Part shown: piece after piece, positions 9,404 to 18,231 of the stretch
How positions within the stretch are numbered: position 1 is the stretch's first letter
How the letters are laid out: each line of letters starts with the position of its first letter
DNA from: Acidobacteriota bacterium
Lineage (GTDB): Bacteria; Acidobacteriota; Thermoanaerobaculia; Thermoanaerobaculales; Sulfomarinibacteraceae
NCBI GenBank assembly: GCA_013152895.1
Contig: JAADFN010000047.1
Span: 1,340-65,339 of the forward strand
Direction of reading: 5' to 3'
Length of the DNA: 64,000 nucleotides
The notes under the pieces: model-generated
What the model was told of the DNA's origin: nothing
Databases searched by the model: none
The model's input: the letters and a program-made list of their open reading frames with translations, nothing else
Translations under genes and position numbers: made by a program

Positions 9404-11173
9404 TCACGTCCTCGCTTCCGCGCGCCGCCGGAGGCGGCCCGCGAGCAGGAGCGCCGCTCCATAGGTGACCAGCGAAACCACCAGTGCGCCCGGGTCTCCG
9501 GCGGGAAGGTCCTGGAGGATAAGCTTCAGGCCCACTGCGGCGAGGGCGATTGTCCCCAGGATCGCCAGCTCTTTCTTGGCCGGCAGGCGGACGCCGAGGG
9601 CGGTCAGACCGAGGGCGGCCAGGCTGCCGAGCACGGTGCGAACGGCCGCCAGCGCTCCCGGCGAGGCGGTTGGTAACAGGGCCGATGTGCTGGACACGGC
9701 CACCGCCCACAGCTCTGCGGCGGCAAGCCCGGCGGCGAGCGCCTGGGGCCAGCGGGGCGCGAACCCGGGCCTGTCGTGCCGGAACCGGTCGATGAGCAGG
9801 TACAGGACGGACGTGGCGAGCGCCAGGCACACGATGAGCAAACTCGGAAGCCGTGGCTCGGCCAACAGCGTGTGGCCGAAATGCCAGAAGCACCCGGCGG
9901 CGAATCCAGCCAGGGCAACCATGATCGCCGACTGCCCGGCCAGCGATCCGCTCTTCAGGCGCCGGGCCGTCAAGACAGCGGCGAATGCCGCAACGGTCCA
10001 GATGACGGCGCGTGCAACGGCCGGCACGAGGAGCCAGGTGCCAGTGATGAACAGGATGAGGCCCTCGGCGATGAAGAGGTAGAACGCGCGGTTCTGACCC
10101 TTGAACCGGTCCACGTATGCGAAGGCGACAACGTAAGCGACGGCGGCCAAGGCCAGCGCGAGCCACGCCAGCCACGCGCAGTTGCCGCCGGAGCCCCGGC
10201 AGATCCTGACCGCGCCGGAGAAGCCGATGATGAAGGCGATCGCCGACTGCAGCGCTTCGAACCAGTTCAAGTCCCGCGAACGGAATGCGGCGCGGGATGC
10301 GGACAGCGTGACGTACCCGATAAACAACCCGAGCGTCAGGACGATCGCCACGTCCGGGGAGAGGTTGCTGTACGGTTCCGGTGGCCCGCCGGGCGTGGCC
10401 GCAAGGTTGGCGAGCTGGAAAACAGCGACGTCCACGACGAACGCCGCGGGCCACCGCAGGGCGTGCCAGTGCGCGGTATAGGCGAGCACCGCCGTTTCCA
10501 GGCCGGTCAACAACAGCACGGCGACGAAAACGCCTGCTGAATGCGTTGTTACGAGAAGCGCAAATGCCGTCACCAGGCTCGCCAGGCCCGCCGAGTTTGC
10601 CGTGAACCGGAGGCGGAACCGGACACCGACCACCATGGCGCCGGTCGTGACGAGCGCGAGAAGCGCCGCCGCCGCACCGGGGGTGAGCGAGCCGAAGCGG
10701 GTCGTCGTCTCCCAGATCAGCGGGTAGGCGATGATGACGGCAGTGGCACCGTAAAAGGCGGCCGAAAGCCGGTTCTTGACCAGACCCGAGCGGGTTGCCA
10801 TCACGAGCCACAGGAGACCGTAGACGAGCCCCAGGATCATGCCGGTCCTCGGGGTGAATGTCCCCCCTTCGGTCAGCGCCCGGAGGAGAAACGCCCCACC
10901 GAGAATGAGGCAGCTGCGCCCGGTCAGCGCGGCCGCCTCGCCGAGATGGAGATTTCGCTTGGGGCTCGGCACCGCCGTCGCTCCCCAAACATCTGCCGGG
11001 TGCTCATCGATGGTCTCCCCAGGCCAGTGTGCGGCGCCGGCGGCCACGGCGGCTTCCAGCCGCTTGACCCTCTCTTCGAGGTCGGCCACAACCTTCTCCA
11101 CGCGCTCGATCCGATCCTGCATGCGCCGGTTCCTCCGTGGGGTGACAGATTGCTGGTCTGCCCAATGCTGCAA
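9404..11173 (-). CDS. DUF2339-like polytopic membrane protein
   Basis: An N-terminal short coiled coil (MQDRIERVEKVVADLEERVKRLEAAV) followed by about 15 hydrophobic helices. The probable start is Met 11122. Confidence 0.6.
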   Translation of the reverse strand: MQHWADQQSVTPRRNRRMQDRIERVEKVVADLEERVKRLEAAVAAGAAHWPGETIDEHPADVWGATAVPSPKRNLHLGEAAALTGRSCLILGGAFLLRALTEGGTFTPRTGMILGLVYGLLWLVMATRSGLVKNRLSAAFYGATAVIIAYPLIWETTTRFGSLTPGAAAALLALVTTGAMVVGVRFRLRFTANSAGLASLVTAFALLVTTHSAGVFVAVLLLTGLETAVLAYTAHWHALRWPAAFVVDVAVFQLANLAATPGGPPEPYSNLSPDVAIVLTLGLFIGYVTLSASRAAFRSRDLNWFEALQSAIAFIIGFSGAVRICRGSGGNCAWLAWLALALAAVAYVVAFAYVDRFKGQNRAFYLFIAEGLILFITGTWLLVPAVARAVIWTVAAFAAVLTARRLKSGSLAGQSAIMVALAGFAAGCFWHFGHTLLAEPRLPSLLIVCLALATSVLYLLIDRFRHDRPGFAPRWPQALAAGLAAAELWAVAVSSTSALLPTASPGALAAVRTVLGSLAALGLTALGVRLPAKKELAILGTIALAAVGLKLILQDLPAGDPGALVVSLVTYGAALLLAGRLRRRAEART

Positions 11174-11310
11174 CTATCTTAACGCAGCCGGACGGTCTGA
11201 GGAAGGTCGGGGATTTTCCGGGCGCGCGCATCTGGCGCGCGCCACGTCGCTTCGTGGGCATAAAGGCGGGGGATGACGGGCGTCCAGCCTCCCGCTCGAA
11301 GAGATCCCGG

Positions 11311-12780
11311 CTACTGCTGCGCCATCAGGTCCTGGAACACGGGAGGCTTCGGGCTGTCCTCCTCGAGGAAGATGTGGCACGTGTCGCAATCCTGCGGAAT
11401 CGTGTGCTTCCCGTCGGCCGTGGACATCTCGTCGTCATGGCACCGCCAGCATCCTGGAAAATCCCGGTGGCCCAGGTTGTCGGGATGGGTCTTCCAGTCG
11501 GTTTTCATCGCGGGGAAATACGAGCGCCCATAGACCCGGGAAGCGGCATCTGCGGCTCGCCTCACGAGCTTCTCGCTCGCTGACCACACGGCCGGGTATT
11601 TCTGCTGGTAGTAGGTGAGGACCGCCCGCTGCACCGCGGTCATCCCCCCTTCGTGCGTCTTGTAACCCTTGTTGATCGCATCAAGAGCGATCTTCTTGAA
11701 GAAGGGAAGCTGCTGCATGTCGGGGTGCGCTGCAAGCACGTCGTCGAGGGCGTGATCCGGCTTCTTGAAGAGGTGCGTGGGCCGGTTGTGGCAGTCGATG
11801 CAGTCCATCACCCTGGCCTTGGCCTTGATCTCGGCGATCGGTGGAAGCTTGTCGCTCTTTCTCGTGTAGGTGCGGACCTGGCCGTCGGGAGTCGTGAGCT
11901 CGACCCACACGATCTTCTGCCTGTGCTTGTCTGCGGCGTAGTACATGATCTTGTTGTCCGAATAGATGTGCCACCAGTGGATGCCGCCGTGACGCCCCAG
12001 GTCCAGGCTGCCGCCACCGGTCTTGATCAGCATGGCGGTGTACGAGGCCGTGTTGTGCTCGTCGGTGTCGAAGGTCGCAAAGACCTTCAGCTTGTCGCCG
12101 TGGTGCTTCATCGGCCAGTGGCACTGTTCGCAGGTCTCTCGCGCCGGGCGCAGGTTGTGGATTGGCGTTTCGATCGGCCGGTGGTAGGTTCCCCACGCCG
12201 TTTTCCAGACCTGCCGGAGCCCGTCCAGCTTCGAGCGCACGAACCACGACGCGCCAGGACCGATGTGGCACTGGACACACCGGACGCGCGAGTGGGGCGA
12301 TTGCTGGTACGCGGTGTACTCCGGCTGCATCACTGTGTGGCACGTGGTTCCGCAGAAGCTCACCGTGTCCATCTCATCCACCGCCAGGTACGACGTGGAG
12401 CCGAGAATGATCGCGTTGACCGCAGTGAGCAACAGGACCGTCATGCCGATCTTCCGCAAGTGGGGATCGTTGAAGTCCAGTCGCGGATACACCGCGAGCT
12501 CCTCGAGGCTCGCCCCGGTGGCCAGCAGCTTCTTCCGGCGCCGCCACATGCCGATCGGCATGATGATGAGTCCGAGGACGAACAGGGCCGGAAGAATCAA
12601 ATACGCGAAAATCCCGACGTACGGGTTGCTGAAACCTCCCGAGAGCTCTGCGATCATGAAGATGATGATCGTCAACGCCGAGACCGTCGTAACGATAAAC
12701 CCGGTTATCGTGATCGGGTTGTTGGCGTAATTAAAGAGCCGCCGTATCGTGTTGTGCCTGGACCTGACCCGGTCGACCAT
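11311..12780 (-). CDS. ImcH-like inner-membrane multiheme cytochrome (NapC/NirT-type quinol dehydrogenase candidate)
   Basis: Three N-terminal TM helices, then a NapC/NirT-like segment (FCGTTCHTVMQPEY). Five CXXCH motifs (CVQCH, CEQCH, CIDCH, CWRCH, CDTCH) plus one CX3CH. A strong SD (AAGGGAGGA) precedes the ATG. Confidence 0.75.
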   Translation of the reverse strand: MVDRVRSRHNTIRRLFNYANNPITITGFIVTTVSALTIIIFMIAELSGGFSNPYVGIFAYLILPALFVLGLIIMPIGMWRRRKKLLATGASLEELAVYPRLDFNDPHLRKIGMTVLLLTAVNAIILGSTSYLAVDEMDTVSFCGTTCHTVMQPEYTAYQQSPHSRVRCVQCHIGPGASWFVRSKLDGLRQVWKTAWGTYHRPIETPIHNLRPARETCEQCHWPMKHHGDKLKVFATFDTDEHNTASYTAMLIKTGGGSLDLGRHGGIHWWHIYSDNKIMYYAADKHRQKIVWVELTTPDGQVRTYTRKSDKLPPIAEIKAKARVMDCIDCHNRPTHLFKKPDHALDDVLAAHPDMQQLPFFKKIALDAINKGYKTHEGGMTAVQRAVLTYYQQKYPAVWSASEKLVRRAADAASRVYGRSYFPAMKTDWKTHPDNLGHRDFPGCWRCHDDEMSTADGKHTIPQDCDTCHIFLEEDSPKPPVFQDLMAQQ

Positions 12781-12896
12781 AGCGTCCTCCCTTTACGAGC
12801 GCCGCCCCGTCGTCGGACGGGCGGCGGAGATTCTAGCAGGCCGGCACCACTTGCACAAACCTTCACAAATTGATGGCGTATTCGCGACGCTTCCGC

Positions 12897-12925
12897 TTGA
12901 AATGTCGTTGATGTCTGGATAGAGT
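12897..12925 (+). promoter_or_regulatory. putative sigma-70 promoter of the 23-heme cytochrome gene
   Basis: TTGAAA (12897-12902), 17 nt, TAGAGT (12920-12925) in the 195-nt divergent intergenic region. Confidence 0.4.
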
Positions 12926-12974
12926 AACGCACCGGACATGTGAAAACGTTCGACGCGAGAAAGCGAGGTGTTGC

Positions 12975-15900
12975 GTGGGGGATCCAGCCGGTAGAAAGAT
13001 GCACGCACGGCCAATTGTTACAATGAGAACTTGTGATACGCGGGCCAGGGCCGTACCTGCAATTCTGTCCGTGTTGCTTCTTTTCGCGTTGGCCGTTCCG
13101 GTTTTCGGCCAGGAGAACTCGGAGTGCATGGCGTGTCACGACGACAAGACCCTGACGGCGATGGTGGGCGGCCGGGAGGTTTCAGCGTACGTCGATATCG
13201 CGGCCTACCGGGGCTCGGTCCACGGACGTCTTCAATGTATCGCGTGCCATTCGGACCTCGAGGGCAGCGAGTTTCCCCACCCGGACACTCTGGAACCCGT
13301 CCGCTGCTCGAAGTGCCACGAGGACGTGGCGGCACAGCTCGCCAAGGGTCCCCACGGGAAGTGGGCGAAGACGCCGGGAGAGCCCTCGGCGAATTGTATC
13401 TCGTGCCACGGAACGCACCATGTGCTGGGACCGGATAACCCCGCCTCGCCGGTCAGCCCCGCGCACGTGAACCGCCTCTGTGCGCGCTGCCACGAGAGCG
13501 AGGTGGCCAAGTACCGGCGTGGGATTCATGCCGTGTCGAACGGGGCAAGACCGAATGCAGCATGCACCGATTGCCACCACGGTCACAGCATGGCGCAGCC
13601 GAAGACCGAGAGGGTGGAGCTCGAGACGTGCGGACGGTGTCACCCGGAAGAGGCGAAGCGGCAGGCGAAGAGCGTCCATGCGCGGGCGGCGTTGAAGGGC
13701 GATCCGCTGGCGCCGAGCTGTATCACGTGTCACAACCACCACGAGATCCTGCCCTCTTCGAATTCGAAGTCCCCGACCGCCAAGCTCAACGTTCCGATTC
13801 TCTGCGGCCGCTGTCACCACGAGGGATCGAAGGTTTCTTTGGAACGGAACATTCCGGAGAAGAACATCCTCAAGAACTACTCCCTGAGCATCCACGGCCA
13901 GGGCCTTTACAAGATGGGCCTTCGGGTGACGGCGGTGTGCACGTCCTGTCACAACGCGCATCTCATCCTCGACATCAACAACCCCGATTCCAGCATCAAC
14001 CCGGAGAACGTGGCCAAGACCTGCACCAAGTGTCATTCGCGCATCGAGCAGGTTCACGTGAAGGTGATCTCCGGCAAGCTGTGGGAGCAGGCGCCCCACG
14101 AGATTCCATCGTGCGTGGATTGCCATGCGCCACACAAGATCCGGCGGACGCCGGTCGATCTCCAGCGCGTGGCGAACAAGGAGTGCTTGCGCTGCCACGG
14201 GAACAAGAACCTCTCCATGACGAAGGGCGGTAAGAAGATCTCCCTGTACGTCGACGAGGCGGCGTTCAACGCGTCGACCCACGCGAAGGTGGCGTGCGCC
14301 CAGTGCCATTCCGAGGTCAGCACCGCGCTCAAACGCCCGTGCGCTGCGATCAAGCACAAGGTGGACTGCAGCACCTGCCACGCGGAGATCGTCGAGCGGT
14401 ACCAGACCGGCATCCACGGGAGGATGGCGGCCAAGGGAGATCCGAATGCGCCCACCTGCCTGACGTGCCACAGCGCCCATGCGACCCAGAGTCACGAGAT
14501 CCCGTCGTCGCCGACCTATGCCATGAACGTGCCAAAACTCTGTGGGAGGTGTCATGCGCAGGGGAAGCCCGTCGCCAAGGTTATCGAGAAACAGATTCCG
14601 CTGGCGAAGAATATCGTCAACAGCTACGTCGACAGCGTTCACGGCCAGGGCTTGCTCAAGGCCGGACTCGTGGTCGCGGCCAACTGTGGCTCCTGCCATA
14701 CGGCTCACCACGAGCTGCCGAAGAGTGATCCCGACTCGTCGGTGAACCCCGCCCACCTGGCAGACACCTGCGGTACGTGTCACCAGGGAATCGAGCGCGA
14801 GTTCAAGACGAGCATCCACTGGCCGGGCAACGCGAAGACGAAGAAAAAGCTCCCCACGTGCGAGGATTGTCACACCTCGCACACGATCAGCCGCATCACC
14901 GCCAAAGGCTTCCGGACACGAATGATGAACACATGTGGGAGGTGTCACCAGGAGGAAGCCAAGACGTACTTCGAGACGGTTCACGGGAAGGTCTCCCGGC
15001 TTGGCGACGTGGGGGCCGCCAAGTGCTACGACTGTCACGGTACCCATAACATCCTGCCGCCGGACGATCCCCGGTCGACGCTGAGCTACAAGAACGTGGT
15101 TCACACGTGCCAGAAGTGCCATCCCGGCGCGCACCGGCAGTTCGCGGGCTACCTGACGCACGCCACCCACCACAACCCGAAGAAATACCCGTACCTGTAC
15201 TACGCCTACCTGTTCATGACGATGTTGCTCGTCGGGACGCTTGCCTTCTTCCTGCTGCACACCGCGTTCTGGCTGCAGCGCTTGTGGCGGGACCGGGAGA
15301 GGTGGCGAGCCATGAAGGCGGCGAAACGCGACCGGTTCTACGTGCGGTTCAGCCTCACCCAGCGGATCATGCACCTGGTGATGCTCCTGTGCTTCTTCAC
15401 CTTGGCCATCACCGGTATGACGCTGAAGTTCTCGTACATGGGATGGGCGGTCCTGATCTCGCACCTGCTCGGCGGGTTCGCGGTGACGGGCATCCTGCAC
15501 CGCATCGCGGCCAGCATCCTCATCGCGCTCTTCGCCTTCCACATCGTCCAGATCGTCAAGCTCAAGCGGGCTTCGGGGAAGAGCTGGCTGAAGTTCATCT
15601 TCTCCAAGGACTCGATGATGTTCAACTTGAACGATGTCAAGCAGTTGTGGCAGCACTTCAAGTGGTTCATCGGACGCGGAGAGCTCCCCAAGTACGGGCG
15701 GTTCAGCTACTGGGAAAAGTTCGACTACTTCGCGGTATTCTGGGGCATCTTCGTGATCGGAAGCACGGGGCTCATGCTCTGGTTCCCGACCGTCTTTACC
15801 CTTATCTTCCCGGGATGGGTCATCAACGTGGCCACCATCATCCACAGTGACGAGGCCTTGCTGGCCGTGGCGTTCATCTTCACGATCCACTTCTTCAACA

Positions 15901-16154
15901 CGCACCTGCGGCCGGACAAGTTCCCGATGGACCCGGTGATCTTCACGGGGAGAGTCTCGCTGGAGGAGCTCGAGCACGACAAGCCGGAGGAGTACAGGGA
16001 TCTCATGGAAATGGAGCACCCGGAGAAGAAGATCGCCGGGCCGATGCCTAGCAGGAAGCTCCGTTGGATTCGCGTATTCGGGCTCACGGCGCTGACCGTT
16101 GGATTGGCGCTCATCTTCCTGATCCTCTACGCCATGGTGTTCGGGTACCGCTGA
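12975..16154 (+). CDS. 23-heme c-type cytochrome fused to a C-terminal b-type cytochrome membrane domain (CbcL-like architecture)
   Basis: A signal peptide (AILSVLLLFALAVPVFGQ), 23 CXXCH motifs up to aa 745, then about 6 TM helices with conserved His (RIMHLVMLL, ILHRIAASILIALFAFHIV, IIHSDEALLAVAFIFTIHFFNTHLRP), as in FdnI/HydC-type cytochrome b. The start could be ATG 12999 or 13023. Confidence 0.85.
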   Translation: MGDPAGRKMHARPIVTMRTCDTRARAVPAILSVLLLFALAVPVFGQENSECMACHDDKTLTAMVGGREVSAYVDIAAYRGSVHGRLQCIACHSDLEGSEFPHPDTLEPVRCSKCHEDVAAQLAKGPHGKWAKTPGEPSANCISCHGTHHVLGPDNPASPVSPAHVNRLCARCHESEVAKYRRGIHAVSNGARPNAACTDCHHGHSMAQPKTERVELETCGRCHPEEAKRQAKSVHARAALKGDPLAPSCITCHNHHEILPSSNSKSPTAKLNVPILCGRCHHEGSKVSLERNIPEKNILKNYSLSIHGQGLYKMGLRVTAVCTSCHNAHLILDINNPDSSINPENVAKTCTKCHSRIEQVHVKVISGKLWEQAPHEIPSCVDCHAPHKIRRTPVDLQRVANKECLRCHGNKNLSMTKGGKKISLYVDEAAFNASTHAKVACAQCHSEVSTALKRPCAAIKHKVDCSTCHAEIVERYQTGIHGRMAAKGDPNAPTCLTCHSAHATQSHEIPSSPTYAMNVPKLCGRCHAQGKPVAKVIEKQIPLAKNIVNSYVDSVHGQGLLKAGLVVAANCGSCHTAHHELPKSDPDSSVNPAHLADTCGTCHQGIEREFKTSIHWPGNAKTKKKLPTCEDCHTSHTISRITAKGFRTRMMNTCGRCHQEEAKTYFETVHGKVSRLGDVGAAKCYDCHGTHNILPPDDPRSTLSYKNVVHTCQKCHPGAHRQFAGYLTHATHHNPKKYPYLYYAYLFMTMLLVGTLAFFLLHTAFWLQRLWRDRERWRAMKAAKRDRFYVRFSLTQRIMHLVMLLCFFTLAITGMTLKFSYMGWAVLISHLLGGFAVTGILHRIAASILIALFAFHIVQIVKLKRASGKSWLKFIFSKDSMMFNLNDVKQLWQHFKWFIGRGELPKYGRFSYWEKFDYFAVFWGIFVIGSTGLMLWFPTVFTLIFPGWVINVATIIHSDEALLAVAFIFTIHFFNTHLRPDKFPMDPVIFTGRVSLEELEHDKPEEYRDLMEMEHPEKKIAGPMPSRKLRWIRVFGLTALTVGLALIFLILYAMVFGYR

Positions 16155-16168
16155 TGCGAAAGGTGGCT

Positions 16169-16195
16169 GCCGGCCCCGGTGTAACCGGGGCCGGC
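16169..16195 (+). terminator. GC-rich hairpin after the 23-heme cytochrome gene
   Basis: GCCGGCCCCGG-TGTAA-CCGGGGCCGGC, an 11-bp stem 15 nt after the TGA. There is no U-tract, so intrinsic-terminator function is uncertain. Confidence 0.4.
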
Positions 16196-16372
16196 CCCGC
16201 AGCGCGCCCCTTGGGCCCGGAGCAACGGGCTCCTCTCGCCGTTTTCTTCGGCTTTTCCGCCGGCGGAAGATGGTGTAGGATGAGCCCCCGGCGTGGAGCT
16301 TCGTGGCTTGACGCCCGGGCGCCGCAGCCCGTGGGACGACGTTTCCAAGGGCATCGGCAGTGTATGAGGTGC

Positions 16373-16450
16373 GACCCCATCGTCTAGCCAGGTCGAGGAC
16401 ACCGGCCTTTCACGCCGGCAACACGGGTTCAAATCCCGTTGGGGTCGCCA
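16373..16450 (+). tRNA. tRNA-Glu (anticodon UUC), CCA encoded
   Basis: The acceptor stem GACCCCA/TGGGGTC, the T-arm ACGGG-TTCAAAT-CCCGT and the anticodon loop CUUUCAC fold as a cloverleaf. Overall similarity to bacterial tRNA-Glu. Confidence 0.9.
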
Positions 16451-16470
16451 TTTTCTTCACGCGTCTCGGA

Positions 16471-17601
16471 TCACAGCCACAGCATCGAGACCGCATCGAG
16501 GAGGCGTTGGGCCATCAGCCTGTTGTGACGGTTGATCTCCTCCCGTCGCGGGATCGTCTCGTACGGATGGGGCGGGTCGTGCAGGGTGCGTGGCGGGTCT
16601 GGTCCGAGCTCCTTTCGCCATCGCTCGATCCACGCGGCGGGCAGGTTCTCGAAGATCGGGTACCCGAAGAGGACCAGGTAGAGAATCGTCCAGATGCGTG
16701 GCGTCGCCTCGAGGGAGTACCCGCCGCCGAGGGTCAGGAGGAGCCGGCCTGCCGAGAAACGGTCCGCATAGGTGAGGATCCGCCGGAAGAGAGCCTCGTA
16801 CGTCTGGGTCGTCAGGAGGAGATCGGCGAGGGGATCGGCGAAGTGCGCATCGGCGCCCGCCTGGACCACCAGGACGTCGGGCCGGAAGTACTCGAGCGCG
16901 GGCTGTGCCACCATGTCGAGGACCTCCAGGTAGTTGTCGCCCTCGGTGAACGGCTCCAGCGGGACGTTGAGCTTGAAGCCCCGGCCCATACCCCTGCCGA
17001 GCTCGTGGGTCCAGCCGGAACCGGGGAAGAGGTACTCGCCTGACTCGTGAAGGCTCAGGGTGAGAACGTGGTCGTCGTCGAAGAAGATCGACTGAACGCC
17101 GTCCCCGTGATGCACGTCCACGTCGAGGTAGGCGACGTGGAGGCCCCGCGAAGTCAGATCACGGATGGCGATGGCGAGATCGTTGAACAGGCAGAACCCT
17201 GAGGCCAGGGCCGCCCGGGCGTGGTGCAGTCCTCCGCCCATTTGCAGGACCTTGGACGCCTTGCCCTCGGCGATCATCCGCGCTCCGGTGAGCGTCCCCC
17301 CGGCGATCCGGGCCGCTCCAAGGTCCATCCCTGCCTTCATCGGGTTGTCCTGGGTTCCGAGCCCATACTCGAAGCGCGGGTCCGCGGGGGAGCGGCTGAC
17401 ATCGGCGACAGCCCCCAGGTAGGCGGAATCGTGAACCGTGGCGAGCTCGTCCTGCGTGGCGGACTCGGGTGCGACGAGCTCCACCGGCACGCCGGCCTCG
17501 TGGAGGAGATCCAGCACCATCTCGATCCGCAGGGGGCTGAATGGATGATCGGCGTCGAAGGCGTAGGCGCCGTACTCGGGATGGTAGAGAACTACCGGCA
17601 T
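16471..17601 (-). CDS. acuC: histone deacetylase-family protein deacetylase (AcuC-like)
   Basis: 376 aa with class I HDAC/AcuC motifs (GGLHHA, DVDVHHGDGVQ, GGGY). Confidence 0.85.
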   Translation of the reverse strand: MPVVLYHPEYGAYAFDADHPFSPLRIEMVLDLLHEAGVPVELVAPESATQDELATVHDSAYLGAVADVSRSPADPRFEYGLGTQDNPMKAGMDLGAARIAGGTLTGARMIAEGKASKVLQMGGGLHHARAALASGFCLFNDLAIAIRDLTSRGLHVAYLDVDVHHGDGVQSIFFDDDHVLTLSLHESGEYLFPGSGWTHELGRGMGRGFKLNVPLEPFTEGDNYLEVLDMVAQPALEYFRPDVLVVQAGADAHFADPLADLLLTTQTYEALFRRILTYADRFSAGRLLLTLGGGYSLEATPRIWTILYLVLFGYPIFENLPAAWIERWRKELGPDPPRTLHDPPHPYETIPRREEINRHNRLMAQRLLDAVSMLWL

Positions 17602-18218
17602 GACCGCTGCTGTGGCCAGACGATGGTGATGCCGGCCTTGCAGAGAGCTTCCGCCAACGGCCGGGTTTCGATCGATGCGACCCGCAGGACCAGCCTGAGG
17701 TTGCCCGACTCGTCGGGGTAGCTCAGGATCGACTGGATGTTGACGTCGCGCTCGCTGAGCAGTCCCGTCAGGCGCGCCAGCTCGCCCGGTCGGTCCGCGA
17801 GACTCACCTCAAGCCGCCCGGATGGACGGTGGACCCCTGTGAGGCGGATCATGGCGTCGAGAAGATCGATGCCGGTGAAGATGCCGACCAGCGCGTCCTC
17901 CTCCAGCACCGGCATGCAGCCAATCTTGAGCTCGCGCATGGTGTGGGCTGCGACCTCCACCGGGTCCAGCGGGTCTGCCGTGGTCACGGGGGATTTCATG
18001 ACCTCGCCCACGGTCGCGGAAGGCGGAAACGGTCTCGTGGCGAGGGAGCTGGTCGCGAGCCGGAGGTCCCGGTCGGTGACCAGGCCCACGAGGCGTCCCT
18101 CGCGGAGAACGGGCAGATGCCTGATGTTCCTGTCGTTCATCAGCCTGTATGCATCCTGCAGCGAAAGGTCCGGCGATGCGGTGATCGGGTTGCGATGCAT
18201 GATCTCTCGTACAAGCAT
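17592..18218 (-). CDS. acuB: CBS-pair and ACT domain protein (AcuB-like)
   Basis: Two CBS motifs (MHRNPITASPD...IRHLPVL, MKSPVTTADP...IGCMPVL) and a C-terminal ACT-like segment. Overlaps acuC by 10 nt. Confidence 0.75.
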   Translation of the reverse strand: MLVREIMHRNPITASPDLSLQDAYRLMNDRNIRHLPVLREGRLVGLVTDRDLRLATSSLATRPFPPSATVGEVMKSPVTTADPLDPVEVAAHTMRELKIGCMPVLEEDALVGIFTGIDLLDAMIRLTGVHRPSGRLEVSLADRPGELARLTGLLSERDVNIQSILSYPDESGNLRLVLRVASIETRPLAEALCKAGITIVWPQQRSCR

Positions 18219-18231
18219 CTGACCTCCAAGC

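Noticed and set aside
12800-12826. A bulged inverted repeat (CGCCGCCCCGTC-GTCG-GACGGGCGGCG) in the 5' leader of the ImcH-like gene, as a possible regulatory element.
   Set aside because: It is a real structure adjacent to the SD, but a single GC-rich hairpin in GC-rich DNA has little specificity. No second copy or known operator consensus was recognised. It is mentioned under the ImcH/CbcL finding only.
13182-16019. A 945-aa ORF on the minus strand, antisense to the 23-heme cytochrome gene. Similar long antisense or shadow ORFs occur at 4413..6041, 9375..10988, 18292..20202, 20488..22569, 25238..26671, 36167..37924, 42693..44336 and 52572..53960.
   Set aside because: Their translations are Arg/Pro/Gly/His-rich low-complexity strings with no motifs. 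Each is fully covered by an opposite-strand or other-frame gene with unmistakable domain signatures. Long stop-free shadow frames are expected in GC-rich DNA.
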